A stretch of 64,000 nt of DNA from Sphagnum compactum (taxonomy: Eukaryota): contig OZ234494.1 in NCBI GenBank assembly GCA_965153455.1, forward strand, positions 12,214,001 to 12,278,000. The letters are read 5' to 3'. Position numbers and translations under genes: made by a program. The stretch's first letter is position 1, and every line of letters starts with the position of its first letter. The notes beneath the pieces were generated by a model, which saw nothing but the letters and a program-made list of their open reading frames with translations, was not told the DNA's origin and did no database searches. Shown here piece by piece: positions 1 to 13,073 of the stretch.

Positions 1-106
1 TTAATCTGTCTAATGTCAGCTCTGTGAGATTATCCAGTCTTCTGTTGAATGTTCTGAATATTTTGAGTTTCCTCATTATCTCCATATACTGTGGGTTGGC
101 TTTCAG

Positions 107-3100
107 GTTGAGAAGATGTTGGCCTTCAGTGTCCTGACCCCTTACTACAGTGAGGAAGTTATATTCAGCAAACAGCAGTTGAAAGAAGAAAATGAGGATG
201 GTGTATATATTGTGTTTTATCTCCAGAAAATCTTCCCAGGTATCTTTGAACAGGAAATTGCATATATAATTGTATACCAGCTTTCTGCATGTAGTGGTGG
301 TATCTTCCTCACATTATGCATGCATACCTTACTTGCAGATGACTGGGATAATTTTCTGGAGCGGATGAATAAAATAGGCCTGAAGGAGAGTGACTTATGG
401 GATGATGATGCCTTTGAACTTCGAATGTGGGCTTCTTACCGTGGACAGACTCTTGCACGTACTGTGAGGGGAATGATGTACTATGAAAGGTCTGTTTCCA
501 TCCAAGAACTGGTGAAAGGATTTGATGTGTGTATGCAGTAGATGACCTCCATGGACTCCACATTTCTTCTTGTCGTACAGAAATATGAGTGCTTCTAGGA
601 GAAGTTATTGCCTGGTATTAATTCTACTAATTTCTTTAAGTGGTCATCTTGAATCAATGGATGTTGTAGTTTCCTAAAATATCTTTGTTTTCTCAAGTAT
701 GCTACAAGGACATTCTCTTTGCAGGGCACTCGAGTTACAGGCTTTCTTGGACACAGCTGCAGAAGTGGAGCTGCTGGGGATTAGGGATTTGTTGGAACGG
801 GGCTCTAGTATGAATAGTATAGGCTCCATGGGCTCCATGGGCTCCATAGGCTCTATTGGCTCTGACAATGAAGCTACTGAGCTAAACAGAACCAAAAAAA
901 AAGAAATGGATCTTGCAAATGCTGCTATGAAATTTACATATGTGGTGACTTGCCAAATCTATGGAGCCCAGAAGATTCAAAAAGATAACCGTGCAGATGA
1001 TATTTTGCACCTGATGAAGACATACAAAGCATTGCGAATTGCTTATGTTGATGAAGTGGGGACAGGAAGGGAGCCCAAGAGGTTTTATTCTGTTCTGGTA
1101 AAGTATGACCCAGTGAAACAACGGGAGGTGGAAATATACCGGATTCAACTACCTGGGCCTGTGAAGCTTGGAGAAGGAAAGCCTGAGAACCAGAACCATG
1201 CTATCATTTTCACTAGAGGTGATGCTGTACAGACCATAGACATGAACCAGGTAATGTATTGGAGATATGGTTGTCAGGTATGTCAGAGATGTTCTATTCA
1301 CTTTAGTTACTTGCTTGTACAGGGCAAGCTAAACTAAAATGAAGCTTGCCATCACAAGCTTGTTGCAGCTTTGTTGGCTTTTTTGTTGGTCATGTCTCTG
1401 GGTACTAGCCAACATCATTACCAAGTCTTCCTGTTGCTTATGGAAATACAGAAAATTCAGGACACAGATTTCTATAATGACCATTTGCCTGAAAGATAGG
1501 GCAGATTGTCATATGGTTACTTACACCCATTGTTGGGAGCTGATGAAGTCACTGGGTGGTCATGGCAGCTAGTTAATGCCATTTGTGGTGATTGTGATTG
1601 GTTGATACTTTGTGTGTGGCACTCATTATGTTTATGACTGCACTCATTCTGGTCATGTTAGTTTTGGTTTCCTGGAATTGACACAATGGTTACCTTCAAA
1701 GTGTTGTTGTGGAGTTTTCTCTGCAATATCATAGTTGTATTCACTTCAGCAGAGTCAAAAGCTATGAGCTCTTGAAGATGAGTCATTTCTTTGTAGATAC
1801 CATTCCAATGAGTCTCATTCTATTTTGTTTGCTTTGAGATCTTAAGGATGTAGTTTGATAATCAAACTCTTGCTTGTTTCAAGTTGTACCTTAGTGCCTA
1901 ATATATTCCTGCAGACTTATTAGTCCACTTGTGACATTCATTTGTTGGTGATATATGTTGCTCTATACTTGCAATCTAGCTCAATTTCTTGATCAGATTC
2001 ATGTCACTTATATGTGGTTTGTTGAACAGGAGCATTATTTTGAGGAAACAATCAAGATGAGGAACCTGCTTCAAGAGTTCAGGACATTTCATGGAATCCG
2101 AAAGCCCACGATCTTGGGAGTTCGAGAGCATGTTTTTACTGGATCCGTATCGTCACTGGCCTGGTTTATGTCAGCTCAGGAAACAGTATTTGTGACCCTC
2201 AGCCAACGTGTCCTTGCCAATCCTTTGAAAATTCGTATGCATTATGGTCATCCTGATGTTTTTGATCGCCTATGGTTTATAAGTCGAGGGGGTATCAGCA
2301 AAGCATCACGTACTATCAATATTAGTGAAGACATCTTTGCTGGATTTAACTGTACCTTGCGGGGTGGTACTGTTACACATCATGAGTACATCCAGGTGAA
2401 CTTGCCTTCATGCTTGTGTTTTCTTAGTCTTAAGAAGTATTCTATTACCCAGAACCATATGGCAGGAATGCTTTTACCCTTTAATTTGGGTTGGAGACAT
2501 TGTAGTAAGTGCAATTTAGCACATTACAGATAGGAGCTTTACACAGTAAAGAAAACAACGAAGATTGAAAGTAATTGTAAGTGATGATGAATGAACTCAA
2601 ACTGCATTAGTTAACTCTGATTTACTTGTGCAGGCTGGGAAGGGAAGGGATGTGGGGCTTAACCAAATAGCTATGTTTGAAGCAAAAGTGGCTAGTGGCA
2701 ATGGAGAGCAGGTGCTGAGTCGAGATGTGTATCGTCTTGGTCATCGCCTGGATTTCTTTCGCATGCTCTCATTTTATTATACGACAGTTGGTTTCTTCGT
2801 CAGCAACATGATTGTTGTGCTCACAGTCTTTGTCTTCCTCTGGGGTCGTGTGTACTTGGCATTGAGTGGCATTGAGGCTTCACTAACAACTGGCAAGAAT
2901 GCTCTTGCCAACAAGGCACTGACAGCTGCCTTGAACCAGCAGCTTGTAGTACAGTTGGGTCTGCTCACTATTCTGCCCATGGTTGTGGAGAATGCTCTAG
3001 AACATGGCTTCACAACAGCCTTGTGGGACATGATAACTATGCAATTGCAGCTTGCATCTCTCTTCTTCACCTTTTCAATGGGCACACGAATGCACTACTT

Positions 3101-4293
3101 TGGACGCACCCTCCTACATGGTGGCGCAAAGGTGTCTTCAACTTGACTCTTCTTCTTTACTTCCCAGTAGATTTGTTCTGAACATATATCAAATTTTGTT
3201 TTCTGCATCTGTGTTTACAGCTACTTGATATATCCCAGCACCTCTTAATTGAGAGTACCAGGGTACATGCCTCTTCCTGGAGATGACTGGGCTATTCAGT
3301 TGCATTGGGTACTGAAACTGTACTTGTTTGCATATGCAGTACAGGGCAACAGGACGTGGCTTTGTGGTCAAGCACGAGAAATTTGCAGAGAACTACAGGC
3401 TGTATTCAAGAAGTCACTTCACAAAAGGAATTGAGCTTATATTGCTGCTTGTAGTGTATGAGGCCTATGGTAGTGCAACCTCATCTGCAACTTATATCCT
3501 TGTCACCATAACTAGCTGGTTTTTGGCACTTACATGGATTATGGCCCCATTTGTTTTCAACCCATCAGGCTTTGATTGGTTGAAAACAGTTGAAGACTTT
3601 GATGACTTCATGCAGTGGCTGTGGTTCAAAGGTGATATCTTTGTTAAAGTGGAGCAGAGTTGGGAGGTTTGGTGGGAAGAGGAACAATCTCATTTTCGCA
3701 CCACTGGCATGTGGGGCAAGCTTTTGGAAATTGTTCTTGATCTGCGGTTCTTTCTCTTCCAATATGGCATCGTCTATCATCTGAGCATCGCTAATGGAAG
3801 CAAAAGTATCTTTGTTTATCTCATATCTTGGAGTTATATGCTTGTAGCAGGAGGATTGCACTATGTACTCTCCAGTGCAAATGAGCGTTTTGCTGCTAAG
3901 CGCCATGGCTTGTACCGTGCTATTCAAGCCATTGTCATTGTGCTGATTGTGGCAATCATTATAGTGCTGCTCTTTGTGACTAATTTCAGGGTACTTGACC
4001 TCATTACGAGTCTGCTGGCTTTTCTACCCACTGGGTGGGGAATTCTACAAATTTGTTTGGTCCTGCGGAGACCCTTTCTGGATAACTCCAGCATATGGGT
4101 AACAATTAAGGCCGTGGCACGCTTATATGATTTGGGCATGGGCATGATAGTTATGGCACCTGTTGCAATCCTCTCATGGTTGCCAGGGTTCCAAGCTATG
4201 CAAACCCGCATCCTCTACAATCAAGCATTTAGCCGAGGCCTTCAAATCTCTCGGCTTCTTGTTGGCAAGAAGGGCGGCAGGATTGGGGACTAG
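107..4293 (+). CDS. CALS: Callose synthase (1,3-beta-glucan synthase, GT48), 3' portion; gene begins before the window. Exons 107-239, 339-489, 725-1250, 2030-2395, 2634-3131, 3340-4293
   Basis: Family motifs FSVLTPYYSEEV, WASYRGQTLARTVRGMMYY, GEGKPENQNHAIIFTRG, RMHYGHPDVFDR, QAGKGRDVG, YRATGRGFVV and QTRILYNQAFSRGL. All introns are GT-AG with compatible phases; stop TAG at 4291-4293. Confidence 0.97.
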
Positions 4294-7200
4294 GAGCAAT
4301 GAAGTTTTGTGCCAACTTTTCTCAAACTTATCATGCTGGCTCCCCTCCAGCATATACTACAGTCCATGCTAATTACCCCTCTGATTCATGGGTTGATTTC
4401 TGCGAACACTGATTTTCTCAGTAACATGTTCCTTGCTCTATGGACCTTGTGTTTTGCCCCTTATTTTACTTTGCAAGAGTATGAAAGTAAAAACTGCTGT
4501 TGTTGATAAGAAGGCAGGAGGATGGACAAAATCTTGAAGCTATGTCAAGCAGAGAGTCAAACTGTTGGCTGGAGTCTAAAAGACAAAGTTTTGGCCAGTT
4601 GGACTTGAAGGTGCAATAAATTTTTGCACAGGTCAGATAGGTATGTGACTGCATAGCATTTGATGGACTGCGCCCCGTTGTATGGGTGTAGGCCAAGAGT
4701 AGTAATGTCTGCTACATTGCCTACATGTTTTTGGACGGATCAAAATCAGTAAAAGATTGTGTTTTGAATATGAGGCAAAAATTTGCAGTCAGGGCTCTGT
4801 ATAATCCTCCTTGGATGTTTGTTGTATATGGCATCCATTTGCTAGAATGAAAATCCCAAATCATATCAGAAGAAAAAATACCAGACATTATGAGCTCTCT
4901 CATTGTTTGTCCAAATGTGAAAGGGTGAAGGTGAAGTTTGTTTGTTTTCCCATATGAGTTTGCTCACCAGGTGCTGTGCGGCCCGATCACAGTGAGAAAA
5001 GAACATGGTTTTCTTCTAACATTTTCTCTGAGGTTGTGACATTTTCCATTTACCGACCCTGTTGATGGGCACTCTATCCTTGATATTTAAAACTGAATGT
5101 CAGCTATACTTCATCCATCCAAAATAGTGTGTAGAATCAATTTCATTGCTGTGGGTGGACATGGTCTTAAAGATGAACAGAAAGTTCATTTTTTAACAGC
5201 AATTTAGCAACACCCTCTCAATTGCTTTGCAACTTCCAAAGACAAATTCATCAACATGCAGCTTAGAATTGTTATATTAACCAAATATTTTGGGATTAGG
5301 CAATTGCTAACGAATTGGGTAGTGTCTAAAATATTTTAACAACATTGGGAGAGGTCATGGAAATCCCGATTTGTTTAGTGTAGATTACAATTGTCATTTT
5401 CTTTTGGAGCATGAAAATGGGGAGATGATGAAGAAAGAAATTGGTGCTAACTCAACAACTATCTTTTGTGTGGTCTACTTGTGTTTGTGTATGATGTAAA
5501 TTTGTTCTGCACATGGACCAATGTGCACCTAGTCCCAATCCTTGTGAACACCCATGTCCACCTTGTTACATGTAACAACTAGACTTCAATCCCAAAAAGA
5601 CATTCATTTTAAAAACTTAGAATTAAATAAGGATTGAACTCATTACGACTAATTGCATGTGTGACATTTGAACGCGGTCCAATCTTTATTTACAAAAAAG
5701 TTACCCCATCAAGATGATGATCAATATTTTGTTACCATCTATATAACGATTTGGATTCTTGTTTATTTCATAATTGAATTTCATTTGCCGTATGGACTTA
5801 AAACCCATGTCCACGTAATCATCCCAATCCCCAAAAATCATGTGGTGACTTAATTTTGGCCGCCACGAGGATGAGTGATTTTACCTTAACAAAAAAATTT
5901 ACTACTTTAACTTATGTTGACCTTAGGATGACCTTAAATCAACATGACATCAAATTGCGTCATTGTCAAAACTAACATGACATGACACAATTTATGTTGA
6001 TAATCATGTTTATGATGACATGACATAAATCCAAATGTTTATTAATTTACATGCAACATCTTGTAGATATGATGATGAATCTATCATTTTATTCATTAGT
6101 TGACAACGATGAATATTGATCCTCACAACTATTTGATATAATATTAATCTCAATTTGTAAAACCCACTAAATCCTATCTTGGAAATTTTAAGTGTCACAC
6201 AAGCAATTGAAGATAATAGTAATAGAAACTTCAACCATAACATTAAAAAGTTATCGTATTAAGGTGAATAAGTTCATGGGTTTATCTTGAGAAAGCTTGA
6301 TTGGATCTTCTTGCATTCAAGCTTCATAATTGAGTTTTTACTTTAATCAAGACCTCCTTTTGGTCAAAACCACCCTTTCCTATTATTGAGGCTTATCTTA
6401 TTTTTTGTTATGCTTTCAACACCACAAGAGAAGACAATATTTGTATGTGTAAAAATTCAAGTGAGCTTGTGTGTCTTTTATATTTTCTTGTGCATATGTG
6501 TAACATTATCTTTATAAGGGTTGGCTTGCTTTCAATAAATATGTGGTAATTTATCTTTCAAGTGAGTGATTAAATTAAAAATGTTATAAAAACACCTTGG
6601 AAACAAATGACAAAATATAAAATGCAAAATTTGATGGTTATGTTGGCTAAATCTTGTATTGTGTACAAGCATCGAAATGTTGAGTGAAGCATAGGATAAT
6701 TATTGTGATGAAAAAAATTTCTATTTAAATCTTTAAAACCAACAATTTTGTATTATCATTTCTCTTAGATTTATCATTAGATGTCCTTCAAACTGGGAAT
6801 TGTTTTTTTGAAAATCAATGTTGCACATATAATGGTCAAATCTAGTTTGATTAGAGGTGCTCTAGTGAAGGGAAATCATTTATTAAGTGGTCGAGAATTT
6901 AAGTGCAAGAAGACCTACATCTTGAGAAACTTGGAGAAATAAGTCACACCTCTATTCCTTTTGTTTTGAGTTGAAATTTCTTGTGTGAAAGTAAGCATAA
7001 GTTAGCAATATCTATCCAAAAGTTTCAATCTCATTAAATGTGATGATTAGCAAAAATTATCATGGTAAGTTGTGGTTAGGGCACAATTTGACCTTACTTG
7101 GTTTAGTTCTTTAAATTACTTAAATCCACCATTGGATCTTTGTGAACTATGTTGCACAAGATTTTCAAAGATTTTTGAGAGTTGCAAACCCATGAAATGC

Positions 7201-7605
7201 TCTTCATGGCATTTCATTGAGGAATAAGGAGCTAAGTTGAGATTTATTTTCCTTTTTTTGCAACATATGGTTAATTTAATTGGAGACAATGGGTATAATA
7301 ATCTAGATCTAGAAGATTTAGGTTTTGTTGCCCAAAGTAATTTTAATGTATTTTTGTAATTTTTGGTACTAAGTTTTGAAACATTATTAAATGTTTAAAT
7401 GTGCACTTTTTCTAGTAGTTTGCATGGAACCCAACCAATCAAGCTCTCTAAAGATAAACCTTGATTGGTTGGGTTTAGGTTGCATGGAAATTAAGATCAA
7501 GTGCAAGGGGTTTAGAACTTAGGAGGAGGGGTAGGTCAAATGTGACTTTGACATTTGAGGGCTTTTAGGGTTTAAGGATTTGCCATAAAATCGCAAAAAG
7601 ATGTG

Positions 7606-7752
7606 AATGAGATAATCAAATTTCACATTTTTTTGGTGTTTTCATGGCAAATTTGATGTGAGTCTCATTTATCTAATTTCACAAGATAAATGAGACTCAT
7701 ATCAAATTTGCCACGAAAACACAAAAAAGATGTGAAATTTGACTATCTCATT
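7606..7752. repeat. Near-perfect inverted repeat (about 69-bp arms, 9-nt loop), MITE-like foldback
   Basis: 7606-7674 (AATGAGATAATCAAATTTCACA...GAGTCTCATTTATCT) is the reverse complement of 7684-7752 with few mismatches; related sub-motifs flank it near 7579 and 7766. Confidence 0.85.
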
Positions 7753-8324
7753 ATATCTTATTTCATTTTGCCATAAAGCCCAAAAATTTGTGAAATTAAT
7801 CACTCTTACCCAAAAAAAAAAACAAAACAAAACAAAAGAAGAAGAAGAAGAAAAAATATCACTAAAGGGGGAGGAAAAAAGGAAAAGAGAAAGATAAGAT
7901 ATAGGAAAAGAAAGGCAAATTTTTTGAAGAAAGAAAGGAAATCAGAAAGAAAAGAAAAGGGAAGGGAAGAAAAGACAGGGTAAAAGAAAAGGGAAAAGGA
8001 AGAAAAGAATAGAGAGCAAGCCTAGTACAAAACGTGACGAATAATTGCACACATTAGGTCAATGCATAAAAGGGTAACAAGACACATCTGGATAACTGCG
8101 CACTTTAGTGTTTGCAGGCGATTGCTTCCATCCTCCAAAGTGGTGCGAGATCTGCCTTCTTCCCTCGAACACCGACGACAGCAGAAGGAGAAGAAGAAGA
8201 GGAAGAAGAATGCGAGGGAGATTGCGAGAAGAAGAAGAATAACAAGAAGAAGAACGGCTGCCAGGGAGACTGCGAGAAGAAGAACAAAAACAAGAAGAAG
8301 GGCTGAAGAGTTTTGGTGGAGAGA

Positions 8325-9455
8325 ATGGTGAGGAAGGAGGATACGGTGAGGTTGATTAGCGCCGAAGGCTACGAGTTTGTGATAGAGCGGGAGGCAGCTT
8401 TGGTGTCCAACACGTTGAAGAATATGCTAACTTCCACTGGTGGGTGGGTGTTGTTCTCTACGCAATTGGGATCCTCCCTTTTTAAAAAAAAAAACTATTT
8501 TAGGGTTCCAGCGATTTGTCCTCTTCCCAATCTGTGGCCTTTTGTTTCTTTTCATCTTCGGCTTCTATGAAGTGTCTTTCCGCCGCTGTGTCAGCTTTGT
8601 TTTGTTTTGTTTTCGGGTCAATTCTCTTGAGGGATGGTTTGCTGATTTTCCTCTGTGTGAGAGTTTATGTGCCGGTGTTTGTGGGATGATCCTGCTCGCT
8701 AGTGGACATCTAACAAGCAATCCAGTGCTTCAATCCTATTTTAGGGTTTCTGGATATGGGAGGAAGTTTTTGGTAGAGAGTGCTCTTCTTTGTCTGTCAG
8801 TAGAATGCCCATGCTCATGCTCTGTATTTCGGATATTTTTTCTTGCTTCCAGAGATTGAAGATCGCAAAAAATCTAAAACCGTAATAGTAGTGAAATTGA
8901 CGTTGTCTGTTTGATCCATTCTTTTGGACACTGGTATTGTAGTGTGAGCTTGGAGGAGGGATCTTGCCTGTAATCTGGAGTTGCTCTCTTTGCAGGGAAA
9001 AGTTGAAAGAGATGACTAATGTGCTTTGACCTGATGTCCTCTTGTATTACAGGTAGTTTTACAGAGACACAAATGGGAGAAGTGAGATTCCCAGAGATCA
9101 GTGCACCCATTCTTGAGAAAGTATGCCAATACTTCTATTGGTCCTTGCAATTTGCTAGGTTAGTATCTGCCCAAACAGTACCATCATTTGGACTTGTGTT
9201 GAAGAAAGTAATTTGTCTCTCTGGTTTGGGAGTGAAAGATGATGGGTGGGAAGAGGGTTTGACTCAGCAGGGTAGCAGCTGAGTCCTTGAGTTTAGGGTT
9301 TCTTGCTCTTGTTTTTCTCCCAGCATCAGTTACTTCTGGAGATAGTATTGAAAATCTGGATTATGGTTGTGTGCAGTGGCAAGGAGACAGAGTTCCATAT
9401 TGAACCAGAAATGACTCTTGAGTTGATGATGGCTGCCAATTACCTTCACACCTGA
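8325..9455 (+). CDS. ELOC: Elongin C (Skp1/BTB-fold), 99 aa. Exons 8325-8439, 9053-9158, 9377-9455
   Basis: Spliced protein MVRKEDTVRLISAEGYEFVIEREAALVSNTLKNMLTSTGSFTETQMGEVRFPEISAPILEKVCQYFYWSLQFASGKETEFHIEPEMTLELMMAANYLHT*; GT-AG introns in matching phases. Confidence 0.95.
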
Positions 9456-11494
9456 TGTTTCTCTATCTCTGTATCCAGAACCATCCCCCTTTTAATATCT
9501 GTATATTACCCTTCTATCTCTTTCACATGGGGGAATTGAGTCCTCCTTTTTGTTTAAATCATCCATCAGGCAGTAGAAGCAACCTTCTTGCAAGATGGGA
9601 GTGAATTCCATATTAAGCTTCCAGATATTATGTGCATTTAGATATTGCTTAGTCACTATGACGTGTTTGTGTAGGGCAGATCAATGGGTGCAGCTTGTGA
9701 AGCATAAGCTGGACACTAAAGGAACTGTATACCAGTTATCCTGGGCTTGGCTTCATATTATTAGCTCCTGCAAAATCACCACATTTTTTCCTCTGTTCAA
9801 TACCTTTCTAGGTCTGAGAGCAGATATGTACAGTACACCCTAGGTACATGAGCAATGAGCTTGGCTATGCCATGTCAATTAGGCTGTGGCATGCTGGTGT
9901 GATGCCTGGTGTATCAGCATTCAAATTGACACTGTCTTATGTGACCCTTTTTTGAAAAAAGGTTTCTTGTTTTGATGCAGCACTTTTTAGTGGCATGGTG
10001 GTTCTCTACCTTGATGCTGTGCAATGCTGCTATTAACCACATGAAAAAAAGAGACTTCTTCACTGTTTTGGTTTCTGTCATGAGTTTCACAACTTGAAAG
10101 AGGTGCCATAGTTTCAGATTATCCAGGGTCGTGTGGCTAACTATCCGTTCAACCTTCAACTTGGTCCTTTCATTCAGCAGAGAGCCCTCCTGAAGTGTAC
10201 AAGTGAGTCCAGTACATGAAGTTGTCATTCCTCTTTATGTCTTGTCTGGCCTCCTGAATGCAGTCAGTGGAAGAAGCCATACAATATAGGAGGAGGATGG
10301 CATTGAAAGAGAAAGACAGGGATACAGTTTTTGGTCATTGAATTCTTGGAAAACAAACCTTACTGCACAGGCCGCTTCTATTTTGAGGCATGCCATTGTT
10401 GCAGGTGAGGGCTCATGTAGGCTTACTGCACTTTCAGGTTTCCCTTCCCTTTCCTTTTCTGATATGCTTCTTGCAACTGGTGGTGGCTCTGGAACATAAT
10501 TTGTTCCTTTGCCCCTTTGTGACCCACTTTGGGTTTTTGCACTTCTGGCTCGGACTTGGATCCTCTCTTTTTGTTCTTCCTCTCCCCCTTTGTTGGGTGC
10601 TTTGTTTAATAAAGCTTGCCAGGGTTTCATCAAACCTTACTCCTTACAGTAGGTGATTGAAAATCAATTGTCATTGCTGTGGTGACTTGAAGAAAGCTGG
10701 GGATAGTTACCCCCAGATTTCATCCCTTGGAAAGACTACTCTAAAATCTACCACAGTCCAGTACAAAATAGGTTGGTGACCACTGACCTGTGCTGTTTCT
10801 CTTGAGTGCTAGCCATCATCATGACTTGAGACTTCTGTTACTTCCAAATATGCAACAGAAACTCAGGGGCACAGGTGCTTGTATCACTGTTTGCCTTCTT
10901 GGAGCAGATCATTCTATACTTGTCTACACCTGATAATGTCAGTGGGGAGTAATGGTAGTTAGTCACTGCTATCCATCATGAAGATCCTGGTCTGGTACTT
11001 TGTGAGTGACAATGCACAAGGTTACAATGGCACTCATTCTTTGTTGTTTCTAGTTTGGTTTGGCTAGGAACCAACATAAATAGTGTTTCCTTCATATGTG
11101 TTGGTGTGTAGCTTTCTCTCCAGTCTTGTAGATGTCACATAAGAAGTTGGTCATACATAGGTGGATATGATGTCCTAATGACAAATATTTGATTTGTATA
11201 ACAGCGCTTGTACAGCGGTAAGATGGTTGACCCTGAAAATGTATAAGTGAAGTTGGGTGTGCCCAGGTTTATTGAAAAGGCAGCCACAAACCCGTGAAAG
11301 GGGGTTATATACAACCATGATTGTTGTCAAAATATGTTGTATACTTAACTCCCAATGGGTTCACAAGCTATCACTCAAGCTTAAGGAGTGGGACAAAAGA
11401 TGTATTGACCTATTTACTCTCTCCATAGGATGAATTATTAATTATAGCATCATAACATGTTGCTTCTAATCATTTTTTTTGAACATTTCAAAAA

Positions 11495-11665
11495 TTGAAG
11501 AACTGGAACTTGTATGAACTGGGATTTGGGGCTGGGTCTAGCTGGAGTTTGGTTCTCAATTCTGGTTCCAGTTCTGGAATTTTTTTGTGAAAATTCAAAA
11601 CCAACGGTCCAAGTAACTGAGAACAGGAACCAGAACCAGCCAAAAACCAAAACCAAAACCAAACA
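11495..11665. repeat. Short degenerate element with GGTTC/GAACC motifs in inverted arrangement (possible MITE remnant)
   Basis: TTTGGTTCTCAATTCTGGTTCCAGTTCTGG near 11548-11577 faces GAGAACAGGAACCAGAACCAGCCAAA near 11619-11644; no TSD identified. Confidence 0.35.
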
Positions 11666-12659
11666 ACATTGACCATGTTGGGCCACCAGCTCTGCTTTCG
11701 GTACCACTAGAAAGCCCTCAATGAAGTGGTGTGCAAGTTTGTGCATTTCACAATTCACAGACCAACTGAGCAAAATTGATTGAATTTAGAATGATTTTGA
11801 TCTTTGGAAATCAATTTAAAATCTAATTTAGCAAAGGTTTCGTAAGAGCTTTGAAGCTAAAGCTCACTTCGACAGGAATAGTATATAGTATTGCAGTGAG
11901 TAGTATTATATAGCCAAGACACACACAGCTACGGAAGATTGATAATTTCCTGGGAAAATGAAATTCTGCTTATCGTTTAAACCTGCTACCTGGTGTTTCA
12001 TTTTTGCAATCTGGTATATATTATTTGACTGTGTCCCAAATTGGAGTGAATTGGCAGGTTCCACATAACAGGATTTTGTGATCATTGTAAGCACACTGTC
12101 ATTTATGCACGGTTTTTGGGGTTTTGAGGGTGATCCTAAATTGTTATTCCACAGTGAGTCTTACAACTCAGAATGTTGGTGCTGCAATGTCAGTAGCTGG
12201 GCATGCAATCATAGCAGAGAAACTGTGCATAATAGTGAAGAAAAGTTCTTCAACTGTATTAGATGAAGAAGGTGAAGAATGGTTTCAGAGGGCGGTCAAG
12301 CAAGACTTGGCCTTGCTAGAATCTTCCAGAGGTTCAAAGTTTGTTGTTGTTTTGTTTTTTTCTAAATTCTTTAAAGCAAGTCCATCAGCAGTAGTAGTGT
12401 AATGACTTGTAAACAGTAATTTGGATTGAAGTTTAAGCTTTAAATAGTGTGAAATTGAGTGTGGACCTGTACATATGGACACAATATTACGCATTTTTAA
12501 TGGGTCATTAAAGAAATAGGATTGGCTAATCACAATGAGTGGCCCATGCCATGGCATTGCTGGATCCTCACTTTACAATGTACCTACTAGGTTTGATTTT
12601 TATGGGTGGGATTGGGAAATAACTTGCTCATCATTCTGGATGTGGTAGACACTTTAGAG

Positions 12660-13073
12660 GCCCAGATATCAACTGGGAGAGCGTCCCCACCAGTGCTCGG
12701 TATGTAAACCTTCACATTAAAATCAGATGAAGAAAACTCAAAATTTGCCGGTTTGGGTTACAAAAATGGTTTTGCTCCTGTATATGTCGTCAGTTTGCTG
12801 AGGCTGGTGAAGGCGCAGCAAAGTTGTGCACCTGCTAGAGAACACTGTAATAAATATGATCTCACTGCTGGTCACTGTTTTTGATTGGCCAATCATAGTG
12901 ATTGGTCCAGGTGGTTTGCTATTAGTAGTTCCCACCTATTTTTGCAGCCCTAGTTTCAGTTTTTGGGTGGGGTTGCAAACAAGTAAATAACTAAACTTGG
13001 ATCTGAGAAATATTTTTGCAGGGTCGCATACCAAGCACGGGTGGGGATGCTCTGAGTTGGATCTCACTTGGGC
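12660..13073 (+). ncRNA. Candidate intron-split hairpin precursor (pre-miRNA-like), family not recognised
   Basis: Arms 12660-12704 and 13027-13073 are complementary (core GAGCGTCCCCACCAGTGCTCGG / CCAAGCACGGGTGGGGATGCTC). The spacer starts with GTATGT (12700) and ends with TTTTTGCAG (13021). Confidence 0.4.

Noticed and set aside
2581-2620. Box C (GTGATGA) and box D (CTGA) pair in a callose synthase intron
   Set aside because: Only 40 nt long, no terminal stem and abutting the acceptor region; too short for a C/D snoRNA.
8062-8331. Arg/Lys-rich 89-aa ORF and overlapping Glu-rich ORFs
   Set aside because: Translations of the GAA-rich low-complexity tract upstream of Elongin C; no recognisable domain.
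10290-10404. Exon-like segment (AG|...|GTGAG) with an open frame EEDGIERERQGYSFWSLNSWKTNLTAQAASILRHAIVA
   Set aside because: No recognisable homology and no consistent exon chain could be built; might belong to a non-coding transcript.
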